From positions 137-64,136 of the forward strand of contig JACQMR010000015.1 in NCBI GenBank assembly GCA_016203455.1: a stretch of DNA of 64,000 bases, in the 5' to 3' direction. The notes beneath the pieces are model-generated. The model was not told the DNA's origin. It did not search any database and saw only the letters and a program-made list of their open reading frames with translations. The position numbers and the translations under genes were made by a program. Shown piece after piece: positions 44,361 to 53,050 of this stretch. Positions within the stretch are counted from its first letter, which is position 1. Every line of letters starts with the position of its first letter. This DNA is from Candidatus Wildermuthbacteria bacterium (GTDB taxonomy: Bacteria > Patescibacteriota > Minisyncoccia > Minisyncoccales > UBA10102).

Positions 44361-45509
44361 TCAGATCTTCTTTTCTGTTTTAGGAAAAAAGTATTTCTTG
44401 CCGGCAAGTTTCTCCGGCAGAAAATCGTCTGCGGTATACATTTCATATCCTTTGCCGTACTCCAAATCTTTCATTAACTCGGTTGGCGCGTTTCTTATTT
44501 TTAAAGGAACCGGCACATTGCCGTATTTTTTTACATCTTCCACTGCCGCGAAATACCCCTCATACGAACTCCTGTCTTTTTTGCACTCGCACAAATACGC
44601 CACGCCATGCGCCAGGTTTATGGCGCACTCGGGCAACCCGATAATCTCCACCGCCCTAAACACCGCGTTTGCCACAACCAAAGCCGTTGGATGAGCCAAA
44701 CCAATATCTTCTGAAGCAAAGATAACCATTCTTCTTGCTATAAACTTGGGGTCTTCCCCAGCGTCAATCATGCGCGCCAGATAATACAACGCCGCGTCCG
44801 GCTGGGAGGCCCTCATGCTTTTGATAAACGCGGAAATAGTATTGTAATGCTCCTCACCTTTTTTGTCATACCGCAAAAATTTTGCCTGAAGCGTCTCTTT
44901 GAGCGTTTGCAAAGTTATCCCGCCATACAGCTCTTTTGTATGCTCAAGCATGGAAATTGCCTGTCTGGCGTCCCCGTTTGCCATGGCGCAAAGCCAGTCG
45001 CTCGCCTCTTTATCAACTTCATACCCGGTGCGCGTTATGATCTTTTCCATATCCTCTTTTGAAAGCTCGTTCAGCACAAAAACCCGGCACCGCGAAAGCA
45101 AAGCCGAGATGACTTCAAAACTCGGGTTTTCGGTTGTTGCTCCAATTAAGGTAATCTCTCCCGATTCCACGAACGGCAAAAGAAAATCCTGCTGGGCTTT
45201 GTTAAACCTGTGAATTTCGTCAAGAAACAGCACCTTGGGCCTATCCCCCGCCTTGTCTGCCAAAACCGCCTTAATATCCGCTTTGCCCGCGGAAACAGCG
45301 GAAAGCTCGTACAAATTCGCGTTAAGATTGCTTGCGTAAATCTTTGCCAGCGTTGTTTTGCCAGATCCCGGCGGTCCCCACAGAATAAACGAAAACAAAT
45401 GCTTTTGATCAATAGCAGAAGACAAGGGCTTGCCCTCCCCTACCAAATGCTCCTGGCCTACAAAATCCTCCAATTTCACGGGGCGTATTTTTGAAGCAAG
45501 GGGTTCCAT
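44361..45509 (-). CDS. rarA: replication-associated recombination protein A (AAA+ ATPase)
   Basis: [42 protein letters not shown], MgsA C-terminal domain. Confidence 0.9.
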   Translation of the reverse strand: MEPLASKIRPVKLEDFVGQEHLVGEGKPLSSAIDQKHLFSFILWGPPGSGKTTLAKIYASNLNANLYELSAVSAGKADIKAVLADKAGDRPKVLFLDEIHRFNKAQQDFLLPFVESGEITLIGATTENPSFEVISALLSRCRVFVLNELSKEDMEKIITRTGYEVDKEASDWLCAMANGDARQAISMLEHTKELYGGITLQTLKETLQAKFLRYDKKGEEHYNTISAFIKSMRASQPDAALYYLARMIDAGEDPKFIARRMVIFASEDIGLAHPTALVVANAVFRAVEIIGLPECAINLAHGVAYLCECKKDRSSYEGYFAAVEDVKKYGNVPVPLKIRNAPTELMKDLEYGKGYEMYTADDFLPEKLAGKKYFFPKTEKKI

Positions 45510-45526
45510 AAGATAATTTCATGGTA

Positions 45527-45565
45527 CCAAAAAACCGCCCCGCGCGTTAGCGGGGGCGGCTTTTT
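45527..45565 (-). terminator. bidirectional-looking intrinsic terminator after the cold-shock gene
   Basis: CCGCCCCGC-loop-GCGGGGGCGG flanked by A-run and T-run. Confidence 0.6.
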
Positions 45566-45578
45566 GTCAACTCGCGGG

Positions 45579-45779
45579 TTATGCGCGCGTTACATTCTTG
45601 GCGGCCGGGCCTTTGTCGGTGTCTACCACCTCAAAAGAAAGAGTGTCTCCTTCTTTCAATTCCTCAAAAGTCACGCCGGACAAATCCTTGGAGTGAAAGA
45701 AAAGCTCTTTTTCCTCTCCTTCGCGGGAGATGAATCCAAAACCTCTTTCAGCAACAAGTTTCTTGATTGTTCCTGTCAT
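45579..45779 (-). CDS. cold-shock domain protein
   Basis: GTIKKLVAERGFGFISREGEEKELFFH (RNP-1/RNP-2-like). Confidence 0.9.
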   Translation of the reverse strand: MTGTIKKLVAERGFGFISREGEEKELFFHSKDLSGVTFEELKEGDTLSFEVVDTDKGPAAKNVTRA

Positions 45780-45929
45780 GTATTTGTTTTACATTATGTT
45801 AATCTCGCTTTCCTCGTAGAAACCCGACCTCGTCTCTTAAGTTCTAAAGCATTATCATGCTACTATACATTATAGATTTTGTCAATAGCTTCAAGTCCCA
45901 CTCCCCGGCAAGTCACAGGAATGTTTTAT

Positions 45930-46520
45930 CTACGCTATCACGCGGCGTTTTAACTCTTTTCTTCTGTCCGCGTAGTCGGGAATAGTTCTGGCAACCAAAT
46001 CCCAAAACTTTTTTGCGTGATTCTGTTCTTGAAGGTGGCACAACTCATGCGCCACGATATAATCGCCCAGCCGTTGAGACAACAATACTATCCTATAATT
46101 AAAATTAAGGTTGCCGCGCCTTGAGCAACTCCCCCATCGGGTTTTTTGATTTTTTACGGCTATACCGGCAATGCAAAAACCGTAAAACCGGTTGAAATGC
46201 TCAACTCTTGCCAGAACAAGCGCGCGCGCTTGCTCTTTATGCCGCGCGTATTCTTTCTTCCCTCCTTTTTTAGAAACAATAAACTTATGGCGCGAAAAAA
46301 ACGCCATCTTTGAAAACAGCCAGGAGATTTTTTCTCGCATAAACCGCTCAATAACCGCCTCGTCAAAAAACATGGGCGCCGTTACGGACACGCAAGCATC
46401 CGGATGCACGGTAAGCGACACTCGCTTTGCGCGCTTGCTTTGGTAAAGCACATACGCCACTCCCCCCGCCTTGCCGGGCAGATTATCAAGCGTTTTTGCC
46501 TTTCCTTTCATCATAATCAT
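45930..46520 (-). CDS. YgjP-like (DUF45/M48-type) metal-dependent hydrolase
   Basis: HELCHL zinc motif, family-typical layout. Confidence 0.8.
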   Translation of the reverse strand: MIMMKGKAKTLDNLPGKAGGVAYVLYQSKRAKRVSLTVHPDACVSVTAPMFFDEAVIERFMREKISWLFSKMAFFSRHKFIVSKKGGKKEYARHKEQARALVLARVEHFNRFYGFCIAGIAVKNQKTRWGSCSRRGNLNFNYRIVLLSQRLGDYIVAHELCHLQEQNHAKKFWDLVARTIPDYADRRKELKRRVIA

Positions 46521-46621
46521 TATGCTCCATGTAGCGCGAACTTTCCATATTCATAAAAGAAAATAAGATCGGCGTCTTGTTTCAAAATCACAAAATCTCC
46601 ATATCTTATATATCTTGTTTC

Positions 46622-46645
46622 AAAATTGTGCAATTGCACAATTTT
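46622..46645. repeat. 24-bp perfect palindrome AAAATTGTGCAATTGCACAATTTT
   Basis: immediately 3' of the 46649-47212 gene; shares the TGCAATTGCA core with 47271-47290. Confidence 0.8.
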
Positions 46646-46648
46646 ACT

Positions 46649-47212
46649 TCAAAAAAAATAGCGGCGCAACGCCGCGTCATTGGTAATGGAGTCGGCAACA
46701 ATACTATGCACAAACCGCGAAACTCCGTAAAATTCAGCGAGAAACCGTATCTCGTTCTCGCAAGGGTACGCATGCGCCCATACGCTTTTTTGAAATACGC
46801 AAAATCCGAGTTTCTTTAATTTTATCGTAAACGCGTTGCGGATACTTTTGTGAAATGTCTTGGGAATATCAAAAATAATGATGCGCCATTTTCCATCCCA
46901 GCGTTCAAGCGGAAGAATTTTGAGTTCATCATATTCTATTTCTTTCAATTTTCTTTTCCCCTTCTCTGACAATTCCACAAGGAATTTCCCCTCTGATTTT
47001 TCCCTTACAATAATCAGTTTGCTCCGTTTTGCGCTAGCAAGAGCTTGCGCTATTCTCCTTATCTGCGCTTGCTCTGGGGAAATCTTTTTGAAACTCGCGT
47101 ATAAACGAGCCATACCCACAAGCGCGTGGGGAGCAGTGACGGCAACCCCAAGAACGCCCGCAAAAGCAATATACGCTAAAATTTGCCGAGTTATTTCGCT
47201 TCCCTTGCTCAT
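46649..47212 (-). CDS. PaaX-like / Cas2-fold-containing putative transcriptional regulator
   Basis: RWDGKWRIIIFDIPKTFHKSIRNAFTIKLKKLGFCVFQKSVWAHAYP is the PaaX-type signature as I recall it; the N-terminus is hydrophobic. Confidence 0.55.
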   Translation of the reverse strand: MSKGSEITRQILAYIAFAGVLGVAVTAPHALVGMARLYASFKKISPEQAQIRRIAQALASAKRSKLIIVREKSEGKFLVELSEKGKRKLKEIEYDELKILPLERWDGKWRIIIFDIPKTFHKSIRNAFTIKLKKLGFCVFQKSVWAHAYPCENEIRFLAEFYGVSRFVHSIVADSITNDAALRRYFF

Positions 47213-47270
47213 CTCCCTTGTTTTGCCAATATTATATAGACATCATGCCAAAATCCCGTCCTTGAGTCAA

Positions 47271-47290
47271 TTCTATGCAATTGCATAGAA
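47271..47290. repeat. 20-bp perfect palindrome TTCTATGCAATTGCATAGAA
   Basis: 58 nt upstream of the 47212 start codon; operator-like. Confidence 0.8.
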
Positions 47291-47314
47291 TTGCAACAGA
47301 AGGGTTATGTGGAA

Positions 47315-47478
47315 CCATGCCCTAACTAGAAGGATCGTGACCTAACTCGTCATGACCTAACTCGGTTAATGCATACATCATGTGAGAATATTTTAAGGAT
47401 CATGCCTTAACTCGGTTAAGGATGCGCCACTAGAATATTTTAGAGCTTATGCTTTAGCTTGATTAGGGCGCGCGCCAC
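47315..47478. repeat. degenerate tandem/iteron-like repeat array
   Basis: Five copies of ATG(A/C)CYTAACTCGGTTAA-like units, including the perfect palindrome CCTTAAC-TCG-GTTAAGG at 47405-47421. Two ~48-bp units (47384-47430, 47431-47478) both start (G/T)AGAATATTTTA and end GCGCCAC. Confidence 0.65.
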
Positions 47479-47565
47479 TGCAAAATTAAATGATACAAAG
47501 AAAAAACGCTGTTGCGGTTATGCAACAGCGTTAGAAATCTTTTACTTGCGGCAGAGATCGTGCTC

Positions 47566-47976
47566 TTACGCGCCGATCTTTAAGCCATGCAGGGCAAGAA
47601 CTGCTTGGATCGCCACCAGGTGCGAATCCCCAAAACCAGGGGTTCTTCGCAGATCTCTTTCCGTGAGCGAGAGGATGTCGCCCACGGTCTTGAACCCCTT
47701 GCGCCGCAAGGCGCGTACAGCACGCGTTAGCGTGCTACTCTGTTTTATTTGCGCGGCCGCCGCCTTCGCGGGGGTGAAAAAATCCTCCAATGGGAGGTCC
47801 ACAATAGGAACCCCCATACTCTCACTCCGAACCGCCCTAGGGAAACTCTGAACAGACATGGTAAAAACGATTTGCTCCCTGGGATCAAGTCCCAGGGCCT
47901 CTGCAAGCGCGTCCAGCTCCCTTTGAATGCTGGCCGCCTTTACAGCAATAAGAACTTCCCTCTTTTCTGGATCCAT
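47566..47976 (-). CDS. stand-alone RNA polymerase alpha-subunit C-terminal domain (alphaCTD)-like protein
   Basis: C-terminus STLTRAVRALRRKGFKTVGDILSLTERDLRRTPGFGDSHLVAIQAVLALHGL matches the alphaCTD helix-hairpin-helix pattern; GGAGGTG RBS before ATG 47976; GC-rich. Confidence 0.55.
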   Translation of the reverse strand: MDPEKREVLIAVKAASIQRELDALAEALGLDPREQIVFTMSVQSFPRAVRSESMGVPIVDLPLEDFFTPAKAAAAQIKQSSTLTRAVRALRRKGFKTVGDILSLTERDLRRTPGFGDSHLVAIQAVLALHGLKIGA

Positions 47977-48087
47977 ATTCACACCTCCAGCGTATAGCAT
48001 AAGGCCAACTACACCATAGATTACACGCGACATGTATTTTGTCAAAAATACTTGCAAAACTTAGCCGATCTGCAGAATAAGAACACG

Positions 48088-48125
48088 AAACAAAAACAGC
48101 CCGCCAATAAGGCGGGCTGTTTTTC
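48088..48125 (-). terminator. intrinsic terminator (bidirectional-looking)
   Basis: AACAGCCCGCC-AATAA-GGCGGGCTGTT flanked by A-run and T-run. Confidence 0.6.
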
Positions 48126-48167
48126 TTGCGATTACCGCTCCCCTGCAATGCAAGGACACGAGCGACT

Positions 48168-48443
48168 TTATTCTTTTGACGCACTGTGCTTTCGCCAGGC
48201 CTCGGCCGCGCCGGGCTCTGTCATGTCCAGTTGAACCAAAACCGCGTCTCCAATTTCAGAAGACGCGATGCTTTCCGCGGCTTGCGCAACCCCAAGAGCC
48301 GCGGGCAAAACCTGCGCCACAACCTGCGCCGTTCTCTCGTCTGAAAGTCCCGCGTCTTCACACGCCAATTCAATAGACGCCTTGATTTTGCCCTCCTCAA
48401 AGGGCTGAACGGATCCGTCTTTTTTTGTAACAGTTGTCGCCAT
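48168..48443 (-). CDS. stand-alone ATP-cone domain protein
   Basis: VTKKDGSVQPFEEGKIKASIELAC... ATP-cone pattern; ATG at 48443 preferred over the upstream TTG. Confidence 0.6.
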   Translation of the reverse strand: MATTVTKKDGSVQPFEEGKIKASIELACEDAGLSDERTAQVVAQVLPAALGVAQAAESIASSEIGDAVLVQLDMTEPGAAEAWRKHSASKE

Positions 48444-48569
48444 AGTATATTTCCGCAATTTAATTGGTAAGCGACCTTTGCAATACTACGCTCTTATCTT
48501 CTCATGAGCCGGCAAATTCGCCAAACCGCTCAACCTTAGTTTGCCTTAGTTATCCACAGCTTAGGCAGA

Positions 48570-49718
48570 CTAAGGTTTAGAAACGGCAGAAGCTACGGTT
48601 TTCACAACGCGGGGGTCAAACAAAGAAGGCATAATATTCCCGGGGCCGGGTTTTCGCACAAGTTTTGAAAGATTCTCTGCTATCCGTATCATGGTTCCCG
48701 GCGTAATCTCTGAAATCTTGGCAGAAAGAAGTCCCTTAAACAATCCCGGGAACACCAGCGCGTTATTTATCTGATTTGGATAATCAGACCTGCCCGTTGC
48801 CATAATATACACCCCCGCCTCTTTGGCATCTTTTGGGTCAATCTCCGGCGTGGGATTGGCCGCGGCAAACACAATAGGTTTTTCAGCCATTGAAACAACC
48901 ATGGATTTTGTGAGTATATTTCCCACGGAAAGCCCGATAAACACATCCGCGCCCCGGATTGCCTCCGCGAGTCCTCCCCTCTTTTTGGGGTTCGTGAGAC
49001 GAGCAATCTCTGCCTGATATGAATGCATGCCTTTTGCGCCCGGGTACAAAATTCCCTGCCTGTCCACGGCAATGATATGCCGCACTCCGTACGCGCGCAA
49101 CAGATGGACGGTGGCGATGCCCGCGGCTCCGGCTCCGTTTACCACAACCTGAATTTCCTCTTTCTTTTTCTTTACCAAAGAAAGCGCGTTGATAAGACCT
49201 GCCAAAACGACAATGGCGGCCCCGTGCTGATCGTCATGAAATACGGGGATGGAAAGCAATTTTTTGAGAGCTCGTTCAATTTCAAAACACCTGGGCGCGG
49301 AAATATCCTCAAGATTAACGCCCGCGTAGTTCACGGCAAGAGCGCGCACGATCTCAATAATCTTTTTTGGATCTTTTTCATTCAAAGAAATAGGGTAAGC
49401 GTCAATGCCCGCGAATGACTTAAAAATAGCGGACTTGCCTTCCATAACCGGAATGGCGGCCTCCGGGCCAATATCCCCCAGTCCCAAAACCGCGGTGCCG
49501 TCCGTAATAACAGCCACGCTATTCCCTTTATTAGTATATATCCGGTCTGTTGAAACATCCCCCGCTATAGCTTGGCACGCAAACGCAACGCCAGGGGTGT
49601 ATGCCAAACGCAAATCCTCCTTTGCAAGAATTGGATTCTTCACGGAAATTTCAATCTTCCCGCGCTTTTTCTTGTGATACGCGAGCGCTTTTGTCTTTAA
49701 ATCATCCATAAAAACCAT
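48570..49718 (-). CDS. NAD(P)-dependent malic enzyme
   Basis: LAYTPGVA, AVITDGTAVLGLGDIG, FHDDQHGAAIV, VVNGAGAAGIA. Confidence 0.9.
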   Translation of the reverse strand: MVFMDDLKTKALAYHKKKRGKIEISVKNPILAKEDLRLAYTPGVAFACQAIAGDVSTDRIYTNKGNSVAVITDGTAVLGLGDIGPEAAIPVMEGKSAIFKSFAGIDAYPISLNEKDPKKIIEIVRALAVNYAGVNLEDISAPRCFEIERALKKLLSIPVFHDDQHGAAIVVLAGLINALSLVKKKKEEIQVVVNGAGAAGIATVHLLRAYGVRHIIAVDRQGILYPGAKGMHSYQAEIARLTNPKKRGGLAEAIRGADVFIGLSVGNILTKSMVVSMAEKPIVFAAANPTPEIDPKDAKEAGVYIMATGRSDYPNQINNALVFPGLFKGLLSAKISEITPGTMIRIAENLSKLVRKPGPGNIMPSLFDPRVVKTVASAVSKP

Positions 49719-49761
49719 GATTCCCTTATATGACTTCAGTATAACAAATCCTGCTCATAGT

Positions 49762-49799
49762 AAAAAGCTCAATCGCGAAAGATATCGCGATTGAGCTTT
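49762..49799 (-). terminator. intrinsic terminator after the 49821 ORF
   Basis: 15-bp perfect stem AAAGCTCAATCGCGA/TCGCGATTGAGCTTT followed by a T-run on the minus strand. Confidence 0.6.
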
Positions 49800-49820
49800 C
49801 AAAAAGGAGATCCGGGGCTA

Positions 49821-50171
49821 TCACGCCTCTGGAGAAAAACAGCCCTCTTGTTCCCTATGAAATTGGGTATGAAAGAAAAAAAGCGCATGGAACACGGTCT
49901 GCTTGCAAAACTCCGCAAGTAACCAGTCCCGCTCCGCCTCGCCTTGAGTGAATTGCCTGATCAGGAGCAAAACATCCTCAAGCAAAGGACCGCATTCATA
50001 AGGACTGGGATCCTGCCCAAGCCGGCGCGCAGAAAGATACGCCAACGCGCCTTGCGCAATATTAAAAGCCCGCCCCGCGTTCCCCGCAAGATCATCGCGC
50101 ACGACTTTTTCCCGCAACATGCGGAGCAGTGTTTCTTGCTCCAATAACCGTTGCCCCTGCAGTGAAGGCAT
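49821..50171 (-). CDS. hypothetical protein (116 aa)
   Basis: ORF with its own terminator; no motif recognised. Confidence 0.35.
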   Translation of the reverse strand: MPSLQGQRLLEQETLLRMLREKVVRDDLAGNAGRAFNIAQGALAYLSARRLGQDPSPYECGPLLEDVLLLIRQFTQGEAERDWLLAEFCKQTVFHALFFFHTQFHREQEGCFSPEA

Positions 50172-50236
50172 GCTCCCTCCAATACTTAAAGTCCCGCGCG
50201 TCTGTCATATATATAAGAAAAAATGAGAAAGAAGTC

Positions 50237-50265
50237 AAAAAAGAAACCGGCGGTGTAACCGCCGG
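50237..50265 (-). terminator. intrinsic terminator
   Basis: CCGGCGG-TTACA-CCGCCGG then a T-rich run on the minus strand. Confidence 0.65.
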
Positions 50266-50287
50266 ATTCTTAACCAGGAAAACCCGC

Positions 50288-50491
50288 TTAACAGCACTTG
50301 CACATGCCCTTGGTCAGTTTCATTAAACCTCCGGCTATCACCAAGGCCGGCCAACCCAGGTTAACCACCTGATCCCCTACCATTCCAAGTTCTTTAAGCA
50401 GAAACAACAAACCGAATGCCACCACAAACAACGGGATCATCTTATGGTGCGGGCAAGCGCATGTTCCTCCTTTTGCATCTCCGTTCATCAT
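50288..50491 (-). CDS. small Cys/His-rich membrane protein (67 aa)
   Basis: GGTCACPHH at the N-terminus, two TM helices, C-terminal CKCC; ATGA overlap with the upstream transporter gene. Confidence 0.5.
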   Translation of the reverse strand: MMNGDAKGGTCACPHHKMIPLFVVAFGLLFLLKELGMVGDQVVNLGWPALVIAGGLMKLTKGMCKCC

Positions 50492-51135
50492 ATAAAATAG
50501 TGAGCGTTATTTATATTCTTGTCCGACCTTTTTTCCTTCTTTTCCATCTTGACACTCGCAAGCGAAGGAAACAACCGTCTCCGCGCCAAAAACAGCAACC
50601 CGGAAGAAAGAAGTCCAAAACATGAAACCAGCAAAAACACCGCCTGAAACCCAAGCGCGGTTGCCAAAATCCCTCCAAACGCCGCCGCGAAACCCGCGGC
50701 AAAGCCAAGCGCGGTGCTTTCAACGCTCCAGGAAAACGCCTCCCATCCTTTGGCGATATGCCTGGTAAAAATGGCGGACCACGAAGGCACCACGGCGGCC
50801 ATGGCAACACCGCGAATAATCTCCAGCAAAAACACCTGCCAAAACTCGGTTACAAACAGATATCCCAAAGGAACCGTATTGGCAACGAACATTCCAATAA
50901 CCAAAAAAGAAAAATCGTCTCTCTCGCCTTTCTTGGTATCTAGATAATGCGCGAGAAAGGGCTGGATCACGGATTTCACAATCCAATATGCCGCGACTAC
51001 AAATCCAACCATAACAGCCGTCCCTCCGGCAATCTGCTCGGTCAAAAATAACGCGAATATCGGCCCTATCAACCCCCATCCCGCCTGAAGCAAAAAATCA
51101 GACGCGATCAGGATAACAAGAATCCTCGTAATCAT
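50488..51135 (-). CDS. MFS-like transporter, half-size (about 6 TM)
   Basis: hydrophobic repeats with MFS-like loop YLDTKKGERDD; only 215 aa. Confidence 0.55.
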   Translation of the reverse strand: MITRILVILIASDFLLQAGWGLIGPIFALFLTEQIAGGTAVMVGFVVAAYWIVKSVIQPFLAHYLDTKKGERDDFSFLVIGMFVANTVPLGYLFVTEFWQVFLLEIIRGVAMAAVVPSWSAIFTRHIAKGWEAFSWSVESTALGFAAGFAAAFGGILATALGFQAVFLLVSCFGLLSSGLLFLARRRLFPSLASVKMEKKEKRSDKNINNAHYFI

Positions 51136-51156
51136 GCACCCAGCATACCATAAACA

Positions 51157-51669
51157 CTACTCGGGTTGATACCTCCAAAGAGAAGATTGACACGGTTTGC
51201 CGGCTTTTATCCATGCCTCTTTTGTTGGATATAACCCTCTGTTAATAGCAAAGACGCGCTTTTTCATTGCCCCCTTTTCATACCATCTCGTATAATAACA
51301 AAGATACGAAAGATTCCCGGAGTCCACAACGCGCGAAGCGGAATACAGGCGATCAATCGCGCTCTCTCTGCGCGGGAAATAGTTCTCCGGTATCTCTACC
51401 AAAAATATCATGCGGGCGTTTCCCTTCGCGTCCATAACCAAAACATCCACCTCCTCGGCTTCTCCTCCGTTTTTGAATCCAACCAAATAATTCACATGAA
51501 TAAGACCGGGAGGATACCCCCACTGATCCATAAGCTCCACCACAAGATGCGCTTGAACAAGGTCTTTTTCTTGCGGAAGACGCCACCCGCCGTAAAAATC
51601 GCTTGCGGTTTCTCTGATCTCCGGCTGTTTTACGGCGCCAAATATAAGCGCGAACATTTCACGGTTCAT
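51157..51669 (-). CDS. hypothetical protein, possible PD-(D/E)xK (HsdR N-terminal-like) fold
   Basis: EEVDVLVMD...MIFLVEIPE resembles the D...ExK-type core; weak. Confidence 0.35.
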   Translation of the reverse strand: MNREMFALIFGAVKQPEIRETASDFYGGWRLPQEKDLVQAHLVVELMDQWGYPPGLIHVNYLVGFKNGGEAEEVDVLVMDAKGNARMIFLVEIPENYFPRRESAIDRLYSASRVVDSGNLSYLCYYTRWYEKGAMKKRVFAINRGLYPTKEAWIKAGKPCQSSLWRYQPE

Positions 51670-52373
51670 AGCATGCGCAAATCACGAAAACTTGTATATC
51701 CCGACTTTCCTATTATAACATGATCCGCGACTTCTATGCCCAATATCTTTCCGGCCTGGACAAGACGGCGGGTAATCTCGCGATCTTCCAAAGACGGCTC
51801 CGGGTCTCCGGAAGGATGGTTGTGAGCCACAATAATATGATGGGCGTGCCTGCGTATGGCAACTTCAAATGTCTCTCTGGGGTGCACCAAGCTCGCGTTC
51901 AAAGTTCCCACAGATACCGTATCTGCGCCGAGAAACATATTGCGCACATCAAAAGAAAGCACTACAAATCGTTCTTTGGCATACCCCTCCAACTCACCTT
52001 TTACCAATTCATACGCGTCTCTTGAAGAAATCACTCTGCGCCTGTCTTTCTTATCTTGTCTCTCATCTTTCGCTTGCGATCTCCTGGAAATCTCAAGACA
52101 CGCCTTCAATTGAGTTGCTTTCGCAACGCCAACGCCTCTCACGCTCCGCAAATCCTCCAAAGAGGCGGAAATAACTCCCTCTAACGACCCAAATGAAGAT
52201 AGCAGTCGTTGAGAGATCATCATAACCGGCTCCCCTTGGATTCCCCTGCCAAGAATAAGTGCCAGCAACTCTTGCGCTGACAAAGCTTCAGGCCCCAGCA
52301 AAGTCAGCCGCTCTCTTGGGCGTTCGGGCACGGGAAGATCTTGCACGGTAAAAGATTGCTTCATGCGTATCAC
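51666..52373 (-). CDS. radC: RadC-family JAB domain protein
   Basis: HhH N-terminus (LLALILGRG), JAMM motif HNHPSGDPEPS. Confidence 0.85.
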   Translation of the reverse strand: MIRMKQSFTVQDLPVPERPRERLTLLGPEALSAQELLALILGRGIQGEPVMMISQRLLSSFGSLEGVISASLEDLRSVRGVGVAKATQLKACLEISRRSQAKDERQDKKDRRRVISSRDAYELVKGELEGYAKERFVVLSFDVRNMFLGADTVSVGTLNASLVHPRETFEVAIRRHAHHIIVAHNHPSGDPEPSLEDREITRRLVQAGKILGIEVADHVIIGKSGYTSFRDLRML

Positions 52374-52630
52374 TAGTATTCAACACTCCCCCGATGTTTT
52401 GCTCTCACGATAACAATTTTTCTTTGCGAGGAAAACACAATATAAAAAATACGGTACGGCCAAACTTTTAATTTCATTATATCCGCGTATTCACCCTGCA
52501 TGCGTTCTCCAAGAAACGGCTTTTCGCGCAACAAATCCATCGCGCGCCATATACGGTTTCTCCACGGCAAAGGAATACTCCGTATCTGCTTTGCCACGCG
52601 CTTTGGAATCTCAATCTCATACCTATCCAT
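52373..52630 (-). CDS. type II toxin, RelE/ParE family
   Basis: 85 aa; KLKVWPYRIFYIV...IVIVRAKHR pattern; 5 nt after the antitoxin gene. Confidence 0.8.
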   Translation of the reverse strand: MDRYEIEIPKRVAKQIRSIPLPWRNRIWRAMDLLREKPFLGERMQGEYADIMKLKVWPYRIFYIVFSSQRKIVIVRAKHRGSVEY

Positions 52631-52635
52631 AGATT

Positions 52636-53007
52636 CTATACTTTTTTACGCGCGCTTTTCTTTTTCTTGATCACCGATCTTATCCCATATTTCTCTTTTC
52701 CCTCCTCGCGCACAGCCAATGCCTCATGCCAACGAACGCCAAACTCCTTTTTCAACTCCTCCAAGCTTATATATTCTCCATTTTTGTATTCTCTTTCCGC
52801 TTCCTGAATCTCTTTTAAAAGATCGGGGTCGCTATAAATATCCAAATCATCCAGCAAGTCCTCAAAATTTTCCGCCGACAAAATCACGGCTTTCGGTTTG
52901 CCGTTTTCCGTAAGCGTATAATAAGCGTCCGGTTTTTGCACCTCGTCTATAATTTCAAAAATGCGCTTTCTTGCTTCAGACACCGAAATGGTTCTCTTGC
53001 TATCCAT
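52636..53007 (-). CDS. type II antitoxin, Phd/YefM family
   Basis: ISVSEARKRIFEIIDEV...GKPKAVILSAENFEDL. Confidence 0.8.
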   Translation of the reverse strand: MDSKRTISVSEARKRIFEIIDEVQKPDAYYTLTENGKPKAVILSAENFEDLLDDLDIYSDPDLLKEIQEAEREYKNGEYISLEELKKEFGVRWHEALAVREEGKEKYGIRSVIKKKKSARKKV

Positions 53008-53050
53008 ATATGTACATAATAGCGTACATCAAAGCGGCGTGTCAATACTC

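Noticed and set aside
50488-51135. Calling the half-size MFS-like ORF a pseudogene
   Set aside because: No adjacent remnant of a second half is visible. The ORF is intact and translationally coupled to the next gene. Without homologue alignment the truncation cannot be demonstrated.
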